DNA of 64,000 nucleotides from Lama guanicoe (taxonomy: Eukaryota), in assembly GCA_013239625.1 (NCBI GenBank), contig MU054132.1:186001-250000 (forward strand). Direction: 5' to 3'. The translations under genes were made by a program, and so were the position numbers. Positions 12,816 to 27,800 of this stretch are shown piece after piece; the first letter of the stretch is position 1, and each line of letters begins with the position of its first letter. The notes beneath the pieces were generated by a model, which worked only from the letters and a program-made list of their open reading frames with translations, searched no databases and was not told the DNA's origin.

Positions 12816-15800
12816 TCACAGGAGCCACAGGGAGCCCAAGGAGAGCAGCAGAATACAGCCGGTGAGGAAGACTGGGCTCAGGAAGGCGGGCCCAGCCCTA
12901 CTGACGAACCTCACGTCACCGATCTGCTTCTTGATCCATTTAGTGAAGTGGGAGGTGCTGGTGTAGAGGCCCGGGAAGCGGTGCTGGTTGCAGCTAAAGC
13001 TCCAGCTCATCACCCCCATTTGAATCCAGGTTTTGTTCACTTGGCAGACAAGGGAATTGCCAGATTTACCCTGCGGAGGGAGGGAGAGAGGGAGGAAGGC
13101 ATAAGGGAGGCAGCAGGAGAGCCTCCCTGCAGGTCTTGGATAAATAAACTTGCACCTTCCTCGGCCATATCCTTAGCATGAGCTGTGTTAGGCCCGTGCT
13201 GTCCCTGATAATGAGGCTATGAACCTGCTCTATGACATGGAAGCACTGCATGGGGCCCATGCTCAGGATCACACTGGCCTCTCTTCATTCTCCTGCTAAC
13301 TCTCTGACCGTAACCCTGGTTCCCTCCTCTGCCCTCCCTTTAAATCATGGTGGGCCTCCAAGGTGTTGCCTTTGACTTTCTTCCTTCCTACAATCCTGCT
13401 TGCAGAATGAGCTATTTGAAATGTAACCTTGCCCCCAGCTCTTTTTGTACAAAGCAGGTATGAGAATAATATTTACAACGCATACGTCAAAAGGTAATAG
13501 CTGTTATTTCTGCTGGTGGTGGGTTTATGATTTTTTTAAAACTTACTTAAACTCTTCTGTGTTGCTGAGAAGTTTTAAAAAATCAGAAAAACAGCTTGCA
13601 CCTTCCTTTCCTCTCTCTGTCTCTCTATCTCTCTGTCTCTCTCTCTATATATGTATTTTAATGTAATCCAAGATTTGTAAGACATAATCTATGAAGACTG
13701 CATACATGTAGGGAAAAAATGATAAAATTATCCCTAAGAACATAAAGGAAGACCTACATGAATGTACAGATATACCGTTGTTCTTAGAGGAGGCAATTTA
13801 AAACAATGCAAAAATGTCAGTTCTCAGCATTCGGCTTCCTGCAGTATGGAAGACTAGATCTCTATCCCATCTTGTTGAAGATAACTAAACGTGATTTTTT
13901 TTTAAATTATCATTTTAAATGCATGAGTGAGCTGGCAAGAATATAAAGACTCCTCAGAGTCCAAAACCCAAGGGAGGGCTGAAACCCAGAGAGCTGTCAG
14001 CAAAGCCCAGAAGATGGCTTTTGCCCCAAAGCCATTGGCCAAACCTAGTGAAACTGAGCTTTAGTTTTCACAGCCTCATTCATGAGTGCAGGAGACAAAA
14101 GGCAAAATCCAGGGCCTGCCCAAGGAGGGAAGCCTAAGAGGAAATCTACAAAAAGCTAAACCTCCCAAAAAGGACCACACCTTCCAAGTGAGGATAAACT
14201 GAGAACCTGCCCTCATGTGAACTTGCAACTTGAATTCACACTGTCTGGGTGGTTCAAAAAACCCAGCCAGGAACGTCACTTAAAGCAGTCCTGGGTTGGT
14301 CTTGTGCCCAGGTATCTGGCAGAAGCAAATATAGATTCTGTCTGAAGGAACCCACTTTTCAAGCCACACTTTAGCAAACTCCAACAAAGAACACTCTACA
14401 GAACATGTCCTCACTCTTAAAACATCACCCTGCACACAGGGAAGTTGAGGCACCAAGAGCAGATGCCAGCCAGCAGGAAAACCAAGAGCTGCATCAGAGC
14501 CTTCACAGTTTAAGATTTGGAAACTATCACATGGAAGCCACGAAGTTTCCGGTAATGCACTATTTTGTAGGCTTGGTGGTGAAGGTATGGGCGTTGGTTG
14601 TACTATTCTTTATTCTCCACACATATTTTATAAATATTCTTTTATCTATTCAATAGAGGGTAATACAATAAAAAATCATAACAATGTCAGTTCTCCTTAC
14701 GTTGACCTCTAAAGTTCAAGCAATTCCAGCAGGATTTTTTCAGGACCCTGACAGTCTGATTCTAGAACTGATATTGAAGGATAATAATAGTCCATGAATT
14801 CTTGGAACTTCGTAGCTTTGTTACTTGAAGTAGAATAAACGTCTACAGAAGGTTAAAAAAAAAAAGTCCACGAATTCTATGACAGGTTTGAGAGAAAAAA
14901 AAAGAGTAAATTGGAGAGGTTGGGGGCTTGAGATACATCTAACCAGAGAGTTAGAAATATTTCCAAGCTATAATTATAGAAACCATGATATTAGCATAGA
15001 AACAGAAAAACAGACCAATGGGGCAATAGAAAGCCAGCCTGATGCCTCCAGGTGAGGAGACTTGCCCCAGAAAGGGTAATGTCTATGGGAAAGGAGGTCT
15101 CTGTTATAGATGGTAGGGAAAGTGATGGAGAAAAGTGAAGTTGATTCCAACCATAACAAAACTCCAGAGGAAATAAAACTCAAAATGTAAAAAGTTAGAA
15201 AGACAAGCTAATTAAAGACACAGGGCCATGACTGTATGACTTGGGATGAAGCCTATGTTTTAAAATAAGATCGAAACTCACAAACCTCAAGCGGGTAAAG
15301 GTGTTAGTCTTAATTACATCATAATTAAAAATATCTGTTCTGTGAAGGACACCAAATCTCATTGAAGATAGATGATGAATTAAGATAGGACACTTGCTCT
15401 GTCTAAAACCAACCAGAGGTCAATGTTTAACATATCTAGGGAAATCCTGAAAATCAGCAAGTAGAGAAAGAGAATTGAGGGAGATCTGAGGGTTTCCATG
15501 TCTAGGCGATTACCCAGTTGCCAGCTCCCAGTGCCCAGACCCCCATGCTCCAGGAGTACCAGAGGAAGGAGATGGAGTGGCGCTTGGTGCAGTTTAAATC
15601 AAATCCATTTTTAAATAGAGACTTATAATATGACAAGGTATTTAATAACTGAAACTAACTGAAAATAATGGGCTTTACCCAAAATGATGTTTGGAGAACA
15701 GAGGAAGATTTGACATAGGGCATGTGGGGGTGATGACTTGAAAGAATAAAACCGTTTAATGTGAATTCTCTAACAAACTGAGATTCCACAACAAACAAAT

Positions 15801-18800
15801 ACAGTAGGGGAATGTAGCACAATATCATTTATGCAAATTAAAATACACATATAGCAACACTATGTATTTTTCAAAGACACAGACATCTTTAAAGCTATCT
15901 ATTAAACAGATTTCAGTAGGTGCCTTTTGTAGGGACAGAAAATGGAAGATGAAGGGGAAAATCAAGCCAGTGATAATCAAGACAGTAATGACAGTGTGTA
16001 GGTCCTTACCTGAGAGATATGGTTGACGGGACTCTGGGAATCCAGAGAAAAAGAGAAGTCAGAGAGAGGGGGAGAGAAAATAGAAGAGAGAGAGAAAGAT
16101 CTCCTATGTGGACATTCTCTTACCACAGTGAAATAAAACCAGAACGCAATAACAAAATGTGAACCACCTCATCAACAGAAAAAAAAAAAACTTTCAAAAG
16201 TGTTAAGGAAAAACAAAATTAAAATCTACAGCTAGAGTGTAGAAAGATAAGAATTCCATATATTGCAGAGCCCATGGGATATGGGCCTGAATTGCACACA
16301 GAAGAGTCTTGGTCTAAATACTTTTAATATCAAGAGAGAATGAAAATAAGTTATTTTTATTGTCAATTATTTATCACTGCACATTCAGCTGAAGACGCTT
16401 GAAAAAGAATAAAGACACAAAGCAGATGTCATGTGTTAGAAAACAGAAAAATCATAGACTTGAGGGAAAAAAATCAGTAAGAGGATAGATAAGCACCTTC
16501 TAAGTCCTACCAAGAAAAACTGAAAGAGAAGGAAAATGCAAATACTTTGTGGTATGAGTAGAAAAGAGACTAGAATCACATCCAGGGAAAATACGCTTTC
16601 TCAGAATCTGAAGAATGTTTATAACTCCCTCTTTATGGATTTAAATTCTGGCTGAAATGAATAATGCCCAAGAAAACACAAACCATAAGGCCAATAACCA
16701 TGGACAAAACAGATTAAAATATTGCCCAAGAACTACTCCTTCAAAGGAAAACAGGCCTATAGGGTTTCACAGGCAACTTCCATCCAGCGTTCAAGGAGCA
16801 GATAATTTATGTTATATCAAATGTTCCAGAGCACAGACTAAGCTTCTAAGTGAAGCATAGTCCTGATTCTGCAACTTAACAAAGGGGGTGCCTTCCTCAA
16901 CACACCTTAAATGGAGCCCAGCTTCACTGGAGGAAAACAGAACGCAAAGGTTGCTTGGATTGTGTCTCACAGGACTGCTGTTCCTGGGCCAGTACCTCTC
17001 CTGGGCCGTGCACCAGCACTGTCCTGTGCCTGGCCCAGGGCCCAGAACAGGGTGTCTGTTGGATGAACAAATAAATTAAACATGTTCTTAAAAAAGGTAT
17101 CATTAATCTGAATTCAACAGATGAATGAAATCAAAGCATACCATGACCAGGGAGGGCCAATCCTGGCTGGCAGGGTAAATGGACATGAGGAATCTGTTCA
17201 TGGAACCAACTCAGCACATTGAGTTAAAGAGTAGAGTCATCCTGATAGCTGCAGAGAATTGATAGCTGCAGAGAACACATTCTTTCCCCAAATCAAATGC
17301 CGCAGTGAAACTGAAAGGAACGGCTCTCTCCCTGACAGATGATGTGCCACATCAGCACTGAGCTTCGTGGCGAAGTGTGGGAAGCACTCCGAGGAAGGTC
17401 AGCAACAAGGAAAAGCAGAGCTACAATTCCAGGTTGCTTTGGGGGAGTGGTACCCAAAATAATGAAAAAAGTAAAAATCATGAAAATTAAAGAGGCAAAA
17501 TCATCATGAACTGCAGCTCCTATATGGGTATATACACCTGGAAAGCCCAAGAGAGCCAACTGAAAACTCTTGGATATAATAAAAGGGTTCGGTGAGTGAG
17601 CTGAACTCCCAGATGTTTTCAACAAGAGGATGAGTCTGGGGGATGAAAATGAAGCAAGAGAAAAGGAAGGAAAGTTCTTGTCCTGCTAAGGAGGAAACTG
17701 TAGACACTGATTAACTCTAGATATTAAGTCAAGTTTAAATGCGTGTGTGGAAAATATCAGGTGACCAGCAGTAGAATGACACTGAGATATGACAACTTCT
17801 AAACCAGTACAGGGGAAAAGTGGAGTGGAAAAAAAAATCAAACCAATACGTAAAGTGAGGGGTTAAAAAAGCATTCTTCTTGGTAAATAGATTAAAGGAA
17901 AGCCTCCCAAATATGTTGGAAAATATAGTATTCACCATTACACTGTTTACAAGAGACATACCTAAAACAAGTTAGCACAGTGTCTCCTGGAAAGACAGAG
18001 TAATTGTTCTGGAATATGATTCTTGATATTGCGATAAACAAGAAAAAGAAATAAGAGGCATATATATTGAAAAGTAGGAGACAAGTTTATCATTGTTTGC
18101 AGATGATATGTCTCTGGACCTACAAAATTAAAGAGAATCCACTACATCCAAGAAGGTTGCTTATTATAAAGTAAACACACAAAAAATCAATGCATAATAC
18201 AAACAGAAAATACACTGAAAAAAAAATAGCCATACTGCTCATAATAGAGAATTTAAAACACCTAGGAATAAAGTTAAGAAGCAGCATGCCGTCACTACAT
18301 GGAGAAAGCTATAAACTCCTGCTCTAGGGGTATAAAGAAATAGAGCAAAATAGAACCTACTTTCCCTAAATCAATCTATTAATTTCCACCAAAATCACCA
18401 CATGATTTTTTTAAAACATGATACTAAGATTGTTCAAACGACAAACAGGAAAAAAATGAACACCTGGAGACTAGACAACAATGCCACTAAAAAACAAACA
18501 GGTCAACGGTGAAATAAAAAACAAAATCAGAAAATATCTCGAGACAAAGATTGTTCAGTTAGAATGAACATGGGAGAACAGCCTGGTAAATTCTTTAAAA
18601 GAAGAATAATGAAGGAGGACTTGCCTTACCACATACGAAAAGGAATTAGAAAGTTACAATAATTTAAAAAGAGTGGTGGTGGCATAGGAATGAGACTGCA
18701 AAGGGCAGAAATAGACCAAAATAAGATGAGAATGTAGAATATAATAAGCAGGGCATTTCTTAATTCATCGCTAAAAAAACCCCTGTAAGTATTCAATAAA

Positions 18801-21800
18801 AATCATTTATATAACTGACTACATTTGGAGAAAAATGAAACTGGTTTCCTCTCACACCCTTCCAGATGAATCAAAATTTAAATACTTAAGGAAAAGAATG
18901 AAGAACATATATGAGTAAAGAATTTTATAATCCTAGGGTGGGAAAGGTATTTCTAAGCACTGCACAAAAACTACAGTCATCAAGAGAAATAATGATAAAT
19001 ATGAACACATCAAAATTTTAATTAACTCTATGGTAAAAAATCCACACCAAAAAATGGTAAATGATGGACAAGTAGGGTAAAATACTGTAATGAATTTTAC
19101 AAAGGATTAAAACTTCTGGTTCCCAAAGTTTTTTTTTTTTTTTGATAACTTTTTATTTTGAAATAATTTAAGACTTACAGAAAAGCTGCAAATATGATAT
19201 TTTTACCCAGGTTCACTAACTTAATGTTTAACCATATTTGTTTTATCTTCTCTCTCTTCCATACATATGTGTATATACACATATTTATGAACCACTTAAA
19301 ATTAAGTTGAAAAAGACATGATGTTCCTTTACCAGTAATTACTATAGCATATAATAGCCACAGTTTTCACAAGTCCATAAAAAGAAAAGTAGTTTAATAG
19401 AAAAACATGGGCAAAAGACAGGGAAAAGTATAAATGGTCTACTGAACACAGCAAGCACCTTCATCTGAACCCCCTTTGTCCCTTTAAAATGTATTTAAGG
19501 GGTGAGTTCTTTCCCTGACCCTGGGTAAAAACTTGAGCACAGTCAGAATGTTTTGCTAAGATGATTAATGTAATCATAATCACTATGATTACACTGTCAC
19601 ATAAACATCTCAGTTCAGAAATCAGAATATCCTTATCCATGTAATAATCACAAAGTTAGACTTGATTTAAAGTTACACTTCCCCCTACTGCTGTCTAGGG
19701 CTTTTGGCATCAAGAGGCTTGGGAATGAGGAAGCAGGCTCTGTTCTCTCCTCTTCCCTTCCTTCAGCTCCCGCTTCTCCTACCCAACCTTGCTGGACAGT
19801 CTTGTGAACCTACCAAGGTAAAGCAGGGGGGTAAAGAGGCAGGAGAACCAGCCTACCTCTCTCAGCCTGGGGGAGATTTACAGCTGACTGTCCCCTGACT
19901 TCAGGGGGCACACCTTATACTGTCTGAGTGATCCTGCTGAAATCCCTCCCAGGAGAACAGGCAGCTCTCACCCAGCCCCTTACAGGGGAAGGGGTAAGAG
20001 CACAGGAGCAGCTGCTCTCTCCAGAGAAGCTCTCACAAAATCACCTCCATTCTACCTTTTTGACCCTTTGATACACACATGTAATGAAATGTCAGTCACA
20101 CAACTCTGAATCCTGACAGATAGTGTGTCTGGATGCCTTTGTTAATACTTCCTATTTAGCATCCTGTTACACAAGCAATTTACAAAATTGCTCAATTTTA
20201 TTCCATCAGAGCAAAAATAAATGTTTTATCCTACCAAAAAGAGAAAAGTTAAAATAAAAATAATACCTAATGCTAGTGATGATGTGGGGAAATAGGCTCT
20301 CATATACTGTTGGTATTAATATAATGGAACAAATTTTTCATTGGGCTAATTTATCAGTATCTATTAAAATTTTAAATGTGCATAAACTGATCTTGTAATT
20401 ATCCTTCTAAAAATTTATTCTAGATAAATACTTGAACAAATGTACAAAGATTTATGAACATGGATTTTTACTCTAGCATGATAGAAAAATATTGAAATGA
20501 GCTCAAATGTCTACTGAAGGGTTAAATAGCTTATGACATAGCCATACGAGAGAATTGTTACTCAGTAGTTAAGGAGAATGGAATATACTTGTAAATACAG
20601 ACACAGAAATAGTCTAAGATACATTTCAAGTAAAAATTTTAAAGTTAGAGAATAAAATGATATTACAGTCCTTGTTAAAAATCAAAATCCTAACATTTAT
20701 TTAAGGTTTTATATATGTATTGAAACAAATGTTGGGGATATAAACTAAACAACTTAGAATGGAAACTTCTATGTAGTTTGATTACAGAAAAGTGCCATTT
20801 ACTAATTTCTGCATTTACATACTACTTTTTTTAAAGGAAATATGTGTACTTCCTTCCAATCACAGAACATAGTATTTTTTAAAAAGATAGTGTAAATGGA
20901 ATCACAACAGTACAACATTTAAAGATGCATCCACAGTTTAATAATTAAAAGATGATTTCAAGGCTTTAAATACTTCAAACACAAAACTCGAAAGAGGAAA
21001 TCTTTTTACTCCAGAAGACAGAAACGGAAAAACAAATCAAACCAAGAAAAGCAGAAGAAAAATTAATAGAAATAGAAAATAATGAAATAAACATTAAAAA
21101 TTTTAACTACATACCAGGCCACCTAACAAGTCTCACCATATTTTATATACTAACTGGTGTCACTGTAGAATGAATTTTATGGCTATAGGGAAACAGAGTT
21201 GGAAATCCACAGCAAAAACAAACATGCAAACATGCAAATGTAAAAAAATACACTTCTAATTAAGTCACAGGTCAAAATGAAATAAAAGTGGGAATTATAT
21301 AAAATATTTAGACATAGATGATAATAAAAACACTATATATTAAAATATGTGGCATTAAGCTAAAGCAATATTTAGAGAGAAATCTGTACCTTAAATACTT
21401 GTATTAGAGAGAAGGGGATCAAGATGGCAGAGTAAGAGGTCATGGAGTTCACTTACCCCCACAAACATATCAAAAATATATCTACATGTTGAACAATTCT
21501 CATGAAAAACTAAATGGAAACTGGCAGAAGAACTCCTATATGACCAAGGCTGCAAGAAAGATAGGATGGGCAAAAAAAGCATCAGGTCAGAACTGTGCCC
21601 CTGGGTGGGGCCTAAAAGGAAAAGAAAGACCACAAGGGTGGAACCTCACCGAGGGGAGTGAGTGGGTTGAGCCACAGACTGGGTGTCCCAGCACTAGGGT
21701 CCTACACAGAGGAGACAAGCCCGCTTGGCTGCTGGGAGAACCGCTGGAACAGAAAGGCTGGAGATGCCTAGACTCCACTCCCGAGGAGTGCGCTGGTGCT

Positions 21801-24800
21801 GGCTTACCAACAGACAGAGTGGACAGAAGTCTGCTCTGGCGGCTGCTGCCTTGCTGCCTCAAACTGGGCAAACACCCTGGCCTCACCCACTCAACACCAC
21901 AGCTTGGCACAGGATCTAGGGCAGCCAGGTCCTGGGAAAAGACTCGATCTAGCGAGGCAGAGGCAGCACAGGGGTCTGGGGTTTGGTCCAGGTGGGGTGG
22001 CAGCGGCCATTGTTGGCACTTACTCAAACAGCCCAGAGAGGCAGCCCAGACCTCCAGTGGCATCACAGCCCCTCCAACCGGGACAACCAACACCATGATC
22101 CCCACTCCCAGCCTAGCGAACACTCCCACCCCGCCCACTGCACACCACAACATAGCCCTAGATGTGGGACAGCCAAACGAGAAAAGACCCAACCTTGGGC
22201 TGCATCTGAGCAGAGCCCAGAAGTCTACACAGGCAGCACATCAGACCTCTGTAAGTGCACAAGCCTCACTTACCTCAGCAGTCCCCTCCTTTGGGGCAAA
22301 AGCCCCAGTGCAGGGAGAAGGAAAAACATGCACTTAAAGGGAACAGAGCCTGCTCTAGGCCAACCCTCAGTGCTTCCTCTCCAGCAATTTGGGAGCAGAC
22401 CTCACCCTTGACAGGGCAGCCATAGCCAGGGAGCAGAGAGGGAGTCCCACCTTACACCCTGCACTGTCTCTAGCTCCTCCAGCACCTGCCACACTCCCTG
22501 TCAAGGTGACTGTAGCCAGCATCCCCTGAGGAAAGACGTGGCTGGTGTCAATGTCAAAACCAGCCCTCACACCAAAGGCACTGGGTACATGCAGTCTACA
22601 CTGGGATGCTCCTGCATAAAAACCTTCCTTAACTTAAAAGCTTTGCACAGCAAAGGAAACCACTGACAAAACAAAAAGACAACCTAAAGAATGAGAGAAA
22701 ATATTTGCAAATGATGTGACCAGCAAGGGGTTAATATCCAAAATCTATAACAGCTCATACAACTCTATATCAAAAACCAAATAATCCACTCAAAAATGGG
22801 CAGAAGACCTGAATGGATATTTTTCCAAAGAAGACATACAGATGGCCAACAATCACATGAAGAGACATTCAACACAGCTATTTATTAAAGAAATGTAAAT
22901 CAAAACCACGATGAGGTATTACCTCATACCTGTCAGAATAGCTATCATCAAAAAAATCAACAAACGACAAATGTTGTCGTTAATGTTGGAGAAAAGGGAG
23001 ACCTCGTACACTGTTGTTGGGAATGTAAACTGGTGCAACCATTATGCAAAACTGTATGAACTTTCCTTAAGAAACTAAAAATAGAGCTACTAAATGATCT
23101 AGCAATTCCACTCCTGAGTATATATCCAGAAAAAGTGAAAATGAAAAAATAAAAAAGATACATGCATCCCAATATTTGTAACAACACTATTTACAATAGC
23201 CAATACATGGAAGCAACCCAAATACCCATCAACAGATGACTGGCTTAAGAAGATATGGTATATAGACAATGGAATATTACTCAGCCATAAAACAAAGAGT
23301 GAAATACTGCCATTTGCAGTAATGTGGATGGATGTAGAAAATATTATGCTTAGTGAGATAAGTCAGAGAAAGACAAATACTATATGATACCACTTATAAG
23401 TGGAATCTAAAAAATAATACAAATCAATGTATATACAAAACAGAGTCACAGATATAGAAAACAAAATTGTGGTTACCAGAGGGAAGAGGGAAGTATGGAG
23501 GGACAAATTAGGGGTATGGGCTTAACTACTATATGTAAAATAGATAAGCAACAAGGATATACTAGATAGCACAGGGAATTACACCCTTTATCTTGTAATA
23601 ACCTATAATAGAATATAATCTGCAAAAATGCTGAATCACTATGCTATACACCTGAAACTAACACAGCACTGTAAATCAACTATACTTCAATTGAAAAAAA
23701 CACAAAAAATATTTGCTTTCAAAATGAAAAAATGTATGAAGGTGTCCAGCTAAGAAAATTAATCCCAGTATATATAGAAATTTGATTTTATGAGAGAAGT
23801 GGTGACAGACAGCACAGGAAATGGTTTTATCAATGAATGGCACTAGGACAACTGGTGGATCATATGTAGAATTAAATAAAAATAGATCCCTAATTTATAC
23901 CATTCACAAAATAAACGTAAATGGATTCAAGACCTAAATGTGGAAACCAAAATTCCCAAACTTTCAGAAAAAAGAAAACATAGAGAAATATCTTTATAAC
24001 CTCAGGAAAAGGAAGGATTTCTTAAATAAGCATAAGCCAAAAAGGAAAAAAATGAACATATGTTTGAGTAAAATAAAACCTAAACTGCTGTCAGCAAAGG
24101 ACAGTATATACAAAAATGAAAAGGTAAATCAAAAACTGAAAGAAAATATTTAAAATATATACAATGAACATAAAATCAGTATCCAAAATATAAAAATATA
24201 ATAAAAGTGAAAAGGCAAACAATAGAAAAATGTGTAAAATATCTGAACAAGTGACTCACAAGAATTATGAATTGTGAACAAACATAGGAAAGGGTGCACA
24301 GCTGCATTAGTAACTGGGACATGTACACACAACCACAATGGGAACTATTTCTCTGGTTCTCACTCAGCAGAATGCAAAACACTGTGCAGTCTGGCAATAC
24401 CAAAAGTTGGCAAGGACATAGAGCAATGGAATTCTCAAACACTGCTGTAAGAATATAGATTAATACAATCAGTTTGGAAGACAATTTGGCAATGACGATT
24501 AAAGATGAAAGTATGTACAGCCTGTGACCCACCAGTTCCTTGCAGGATGGACCACGTTGAGAAATTCTGGAACATGTAAATAGGGAGGTGTGTGTAAGAA
24601 TATTCAGAGCAGCAGAGTATGCAATATGAAAAAATTAGAAGCTACCTCAATGTTTATAACAGGAGAATGAATAAATTGTGGCATATTCACAAAAGAGAAT
24701 GTTGTAGATTGAGCACTTAGTGAATCAGAGCTGCATGTATTGATATGGATAAATCTTTAAAATGATGTTGACTAGAAGATGTAAGAAGCAGAAGCACGCT

Positions 24801-27800
24801 TACAGAATGATGCCATTTATGCAAACCTGGTTCTACCAGCACCTGGCCCAGATCTGGGCATGTGACTGACATTCAGAAGTGCTCAAATACCCTGAGAGGT
24901 ACTATCATTAATTATTGTGGACAGGAGCAAAAAACATTTGCACCCTTATTTTACAGATTGGGGAAACGGAAGCCCAGGGAAAGGAAATTTTCATAAGGTC
25001 TCCCAGTGCCATGTGGAAAGGAAGGCATGACCTCTGAGAGTCCCCTTCTTGCCCTGGTCCAAACACTGCGCACCTGACACATGTCCATGCCCCATTGTGA
25101 GGCGGCACACATCATGTCATTCCCGATGAACTTCTTCTGGTCCTTTAAGAAGAGGAACTTGTACTGTTGATGGCAGATCTTCTTGTTTATGATCTTGACA
25201 GCCACCTCCTGAAGACTGTAGGAGGGCTGTGGGGTCACTGGAGAGAGAGAGATCCTGCCACATCATCCCTTCCACTCTTTGGCATAGTTCCATCTTGGAG
25301 TTCCAGATTCACAATGTGGGAGGCAGAGCCATTTCCTGGGATGGTGATTTATAAAGGCCCCAACCCACAGCCTGACTTTTGAAAAAGCCCAAGCTCAGTA
25401 AAAATTCTAAGCAAAAGTCCCCTGAGGGGCTCAGACCAACATGCAGGCACTGAATGAAGCCAAGGAGAGACTGCCCCAATAATTCAGGGTCCATGAGGGT
25501 GAGTGGCTGAGCACTGCTCCATGGCTACTTGGGCAAAACCCTAGAGCCCGGAGTGAGCAGCCCCTGGAGGGCAGGACCCCACAAAGGCTCCTCGATTCTA
25601 GGACCTCAGGGTGGCAACAACAGGGGACAGGAATTAGTGGTGCTCAAGGTAACAAGTGTGTACAATGGCTGCCCAATGCCTAGGTACCTCCTGAGACCAT
25701 CGCTTTTGTTCCACCTGCAGACAAGGAATCCCACTAATAGCCAAGGATTAATTTCCTACCATGCTGCAAGGTGAGAGCTTGACACTGGATTTAACTTAGC
25801 TTTGGGAACTGAGGTCCATACAAGCCATGTGTGTGTTTTACACTAGGACACTGTGTATATCTTTCTATCAATAGAGATCAGGAAGACATGCAGCACATGT
25901 AGGTGCTCAGGAAATGTTTGCTGATAGAGTGAATAAGTGAATAAAATAATGGACAGAGGAGCCCGTGGTGGAGTTGTGTTCTGAAGAGGCAAGGGTCTTG
26001 GGACCTCTGCCTGCCTTCACTTACCTTTTGCATCTGTTCGGGCCCACCCAATCACCCAGCACATGGATCCGAGAGATGGCTCGAGTTTGGCGGTGGGTAG
26101 ACAGACAGGCTGGATGAGGGGGGACCAGGAGATGGAGTCTCCGAGCTTCAGAAGGGCAATGTCCTGGGATATGAGGTTGTTGAAATCCTCATGAATTGCA
26201 ATGTGAGTGACAGAGAGCTCAGTGCCATCTTCAGAGATGCGTTGAACTCCTACCTTCACAGAGTATGCTTTGGGGTCTTTGGATCTGCAGGGCCATGGGT
26301 AGGAGCAGACCACCAGCAGTGAGGTCAAACGTGGTATGGTTGGAAAGACACAGGCTAAGCACAGGGCTACCCATCCAGGACTCTACTCCCAGATCCCCAC
26401 ATTCAGCAAGGCTTCCCAGGCCAGAAAGCAAAGCCCTGGAGGCTGGCTGGCCACCCTGACTGACCTGTATAAGCAGTGTGCAGCTGTAAGGACCCACTGG
26501 TGGTGGATGATGGAGCCGCCGCAGATGTTCATGCCCATGAACAGGATGCTCACCTGCCATGGCCACTTGCCTACCTCCACCAGCTTCCCCTTCACATTCT
26601 TGCAGGAGATGTTAGTCTGACCACAGGTCCAGAACCAGGATCCTTAGGAAAAGGGTAGGGGGTGGGCCATGCCAGCCCCTTGCAGACTCTCAAGCAGCAA
26701 AGGGCAGCTCTCAGATTTCCATATGCACATGTGGGGAGGGGCTTTTCCCATTACCCCCAAAACAGCAACCAAAGGCAGGAGGAGACTGCTATGAAGAGAG
26801 ACTCCAAACAATGGGGATCAGACAACCCCTCTAAGGCTTGTTACAAGTCACCAACCCAGGATTCATCCCTTCCCCTTGTTTACAGAAGCAGATACTTAGG
26901 GGAGTGAAGGAGGAGAGAGAATCATCAGAGGGCTGAGTTGTCAGTCAAGGGCTAAGTGATGGGGCACAATGAGCAGGACTGCTAGTCATTTGTAGCCAGA
27001 AAACAATGGACAACGACGTCACATTGTACAACTCCAGGGCCGGCCTTCACAGACTACCACCCCTGGAGGCGCATCCTCTGTGACCAGACCAGAAAGTGAG
27101 CAGAGATGCTTGTCAGCTCCCTCCCTGCCTCTCACTAGCCCTGACAGCAGGAGTGGGAGGAGGGGACACTACACTGAACTGGACATGAGGGTTGCTATTT
27201 TGAACTGGACCATCTTGGACTGGTATTTGATAACCGAATATCACTGAAGACAGGAAAGAGAGAAATTCTACCACAAAGGTTGGCGATCAAGATTAAAGAC
27301 AAAATAAAAGGTTTCTTATGCAGAGCTTGCTGTCAAGTTTGGGCTGGCCAAGAAGTTGTTATATGTCATCATGGACCTCCTCATGCAGGCAGAATTGGGT
27401 ATGTGTTTACACTGTCTCAAGCAGACACGGTTCCAGAAAGTGTTTCCCTAGGCAGTTCAGCATACAGTGCCAACCAGAGCTTCAGGGACTCAGCAGCAGC
27501 AACCAAGGCTCGTCCTCGTCTGGGGTGGGGGTGGAGGTCTGTGGTGGTGGTGGAGGGGCCCGACAATAAACAGACAAGGCTAATAATCTATTGCAATCAA
27601 TACACATGAGCAGAAACATCTACTGGGCCTGACTCATGGAAATCCCTCAAGAGGGTCACAAACCATTGATGTCTGGGCTTGTTCCGCCATGCCCCAGGGC
27701 CCCGGTACTACCATTAGATGTGGATCGCGGGTTCCCTTGCCACACACGTCCACGGCTGGTCATCTTTACCCTCAACCAGTGGCTCCCCACAGGGATCCAC

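Noticed and set aside
19569..19593. 10-bp inverted repeat tgtaatcata / tatgattaca
   Set aside because: Short, AT-rich and in repeat-derived intron; plausible by chance in 64 kb.
21486..22337. 283-aa ORF and overlapping 201-aa antisense ORF
   Set aside because: Within an L1 5' UTR; no similarity to L1 ORF1 or any protein I recognise.
26890..27320. Possible old LTR fragment in PRSS46 intron 1 (and another at about 19490-20170)
   Set aside because: Family and termini could not be identified without a repeat library search.
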